Positions 25,806 through 28,129 of a stretch of 28,129 bases of DNA are shown here, piece by piece. A program made the translations under genes and the position numbers. Positions within the stretch are counted from its first letter, which is position 1; each line of letters begins with the position of its first letter. The notes beneath the pieces are model-generated. The model saw only the letters and a program-made list of their open reading frames with translations. It did not search any database and was not told where the DNA came from. The stretch is from Fonticula alba ATCC 38817 (lineage: Eukaryota > Protista > Nucleariida), in NCBI GenBank assembly GCA_000388065.2, contig KB932206.1; one strand, given 5' to 3'.

Positions 25806-27498
25806 TCACGCGCCGCCGGAGGTCCGGAGCCGGCGCTGGGCCGCCCGCACCGCGGCCAGGGCATCCACCCGGCCATAGCCATAGTGGTAGTTCGGGAAGT
25901 CGACCCAGTGCACGCCGTCGCAAGAGTTGGTCCCCAGCCGGGAGGGCGCCGGGGCGGTGATGGTCGACCGGACGGCCGTGTCCTCGAGCAGGCGGTAGAT
26001 GTCCTCCACGCGCAGGGCCGGGTTGACGGAGCGCACGAGGGCCGCCACGCCGGCCACCGCCGGGGCCGCCATCGACGTGCCGGAGATGGCGGCAAAGCGA
26101 TTGTTCAGCAGCCCCCCGCGGGTGGAGTACGCCGACCGGATGGCCACCCCGGGGGCCACGACATTGGGCTTGAGCCGGTCGAAGCCGGACGCCCGGGGCC
26201 CGGGGCCGCGGGCGCTGAAGTCCGCCAGGGCGTCGCGGCTGTCGGTGGCCCCGACCGACAGGGTCAGGATCTGGTCGCCCGGCGAGCCGGTTGTCCCGCA
26301 CAGGGGCCCGGAATTGCCGCTGGAGAAGATGGGCACGATGTCCGCCTCGAGGAAGGCCCGGACCTGCAGCGCGAAGAACGGATCGAACCCGTGGGTGCCG
26401 CCCCAGCTGTTGTTGATGATGTCGGCCCCGAGGTCGCACCGGGGGGGCAGGTTGTCGGCATACGGGCAGACCATCCACTCGGCGGCCTTGGTCAGGCCGT
26501 AGGTCTTGCAGTTCCTGCGCGGCGCCACCGGACCAGGCGCCCGGGCGGACGAGCGGGGCCCCGGGGCGCGCGACGCGCGGCGGCCCACGGCCGCAAGGCC
26601 GGCATGTGGCGGTCAGGGGCTCGGTGCTTGCGGGCGGCGAGGCGGGGCGCGGGGCGTTGGGGGCGGAAAAAAAAAAAGAAAAGCCGAGAGGAAAGCCCGG
26701 CCCAGTGGCGCGTACTTGTCCTTGCAGCCCTTGGCCGAGATCCACTTGGCGCCGGGGGCCACGCCGATGCCGGAGGCCTTGCTCCCGACCATGGTGCCCA
26801 TGGTGTGGGTGCCCTGTGAGGCGGGGCGGCCGATGGCCCGGGNNNNNNNNNNNNNNNNNNNNNNNNNNNNNNNNNNNNNNNNNNNNNNNNNNNNNNNNNN
26901 NNNNNNNNNNNNNNNNNNNNNNNNNNNNNNNNNNNNNNNNNNNNNNNNNNNNNNNNNNNNNNNNNNNNNNNNNNNNNNNNNNNNNNNNNNNNNNNNNNNN
27001 NNNNNNNNNNNNNNNNNNNNNNNNNNNNNNNNNNNNNNNNNNNNNNNNNNNNNNNNNNNNNNNNNNNNNNNNNNNNNNNNNNNNGGGGGGCGGCGACGGG
27101 CATGCAGCGGAAGGGTCAGATGGTGGGGCAGGCGGGCGCGAGCCTGGGCGACGGGTGTCGCCGCGGTGGCGGCCTGTCGCGAGCATGCAGTCGCGGACGC
27201 ACGTGGCCAACCTGGTCGAAGGGCGATCCGAAGGCGCAGCACTCCCAGGAGGTGCACGACCGGCCCACCTGCGAGCACCAGAAGGGGTCCCGCTGGAACT
27301 CCCCCGGGTCGAACCAGTTGTAATCGTGGACATAGAGCTCACGCCCGGCCACCCCGAGCGAGTAGCCCCGGTACGAGCGCTTCAGGGCCTGGTGCTGGTA
27401 CCGGACCCCGGTGTCGATGTTGCCGACGACCACCCCCTCGCCGGTGGAGAGCTCCCAGGTGGCGGGGGCGTGGATTTGACTTATGCCCCAGTTCTACC

Positions 27499-27541
<43 letters not shown>

Positions 27542-28034
27542 CATGGCGCGGAAATAATGTCAGTGCCGGGCAGCGGGCGGGGCCCCTGGAGGCGGGCGCG
27601 CGATCAGTGTGCGCCGGCAAAGGGCGGCCCCCGGCGCCCTCGCCGCTCGGGGGCCGGGCGATGCCACGCACAGCTCGGCCAATTCGGGCGGCCGGGCACA
27701 CGGCCTCGTAGGTTTCATTGTCATTGCGATGGTCGTCGTCCTCGGCGTCCGGGCGGATCTCCACCTCGTCCAGGGGGTCGATGGCTGCCACGATGTGGTC
27801 GCCCCGGACGAGGCGCACCTCCGGGTGCAGGGCCAGGAAGTACACCAGCTCGGTGGGCATCTCCCGGGCGAAGATGCAGCCCACCAGCCAGGAGGTCTCC
27901 ACCCGGGGCGGGATGCTCGGCCGGCCCGTGGCGCTGGCCCGGTAGGTGGTGGTGCCGTCGGCCATGGCCAGCCCCATGTCGAGCAGGGTCTCGGCGAAGA
28001 CGCGCGATCCGGCCGCAAGGCGCGCGCGGTAGTA
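25806..28034 (-). CDS. Subtilisin-like serine protease (S8), bacillopeptidase F-like; 5' partial. Exons 28034-27702, 27493-27203, 26813-26716, 26514-25806
   Basis: Propeptide-like region, then NWGISQIHAPATW, catalytic Asp VVGNIDTG (27415-27413), HDYNWFDP, catalytic His DQVGH|GTHTMGT (27205-27203), GVAPGAKWISAKGC, IINNSWGG, FSSGNSG, FSARGP, KPNVVAPGV, catalytic Ser SGTSMAAP (26075-26073), YGYGRVDA. The junctions are phase-compatible. The start lies beyond the right edge. Confidence 0.93.
26843..27083. other. Assembly gap (241 N) in a subtilase intron
   Basis: N run. The exons on either side join in frame across the GH|GTH motif, so no exon is missing. Confidence 1.
27501..27539 (-). repeat. 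G39 (+) / C39 (sense) homopolymer just upstream of a subtilase acceptor
   Basis: Directly visible in the sequence. Confidence 0.95.
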
Positions 28035-28129
28035 CTGCTCCGGGACAGGGCCCCACCGGGCGGCGGGCATGGGGCAGGTCAGCGCGCCATCCAAGCGGAG
28101 GCGAAGCACAAGGCGGGGCGGGGGGGGGG

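Noticed and set aside
23015-26819. Long antisense or alternate-frame ORFs (23015..24163, 23265..24602, 25167..26819 and similar throughout the window)
   Set aside because: They are R/G/P/A-rich shadow ORFs expected in high-GC coding DNA, with no motifs, overlapping well-supported genes.

Overview
Eukaryotic, GC-rich, intron-rich scaffold window with seven N gaps. The style resembles a Fonticula-like unicellular opisthokont, but this is inference only. Introns have GTRCGY-type donors, CTRAC branch points and C-rich YAG acceptors. Eight gene models can be built by hand: (1) the 5' exon of an unknown protein running off the left edge (-); (2) a two-exon low-complexity poly-His protein (+); (3) a 13-exon trefoil-GH31 acid alpha-glucosidase (+) with a one-base frame break in the trefoil domain; (4) a small unknown gene X; (5) a type II membrane fucosyltransferase-superfamily protein with a long low-complexity tail (-); (6) a probable Roadblock-fold protein split by a 210-aa insertion (+); (7) an intronless alpha/beta hydrolase with a putative mitochondrial presequence (-); (8) a bacillopeptidase-F-like S8 subtilase continuing off the right edge (-). 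The most striking structure is gene X: its exons appear out of order, with its apparent exon 2 inside GH31 intron 11 and its ATG exon downstream of the GH31 stop. A local misassembly through poly-C runs is the most parsimonious explanation, but true exon scrambling or trans-splicing is testable. I recognised no rRNA, tRNA, CRISPR array or mobile element.
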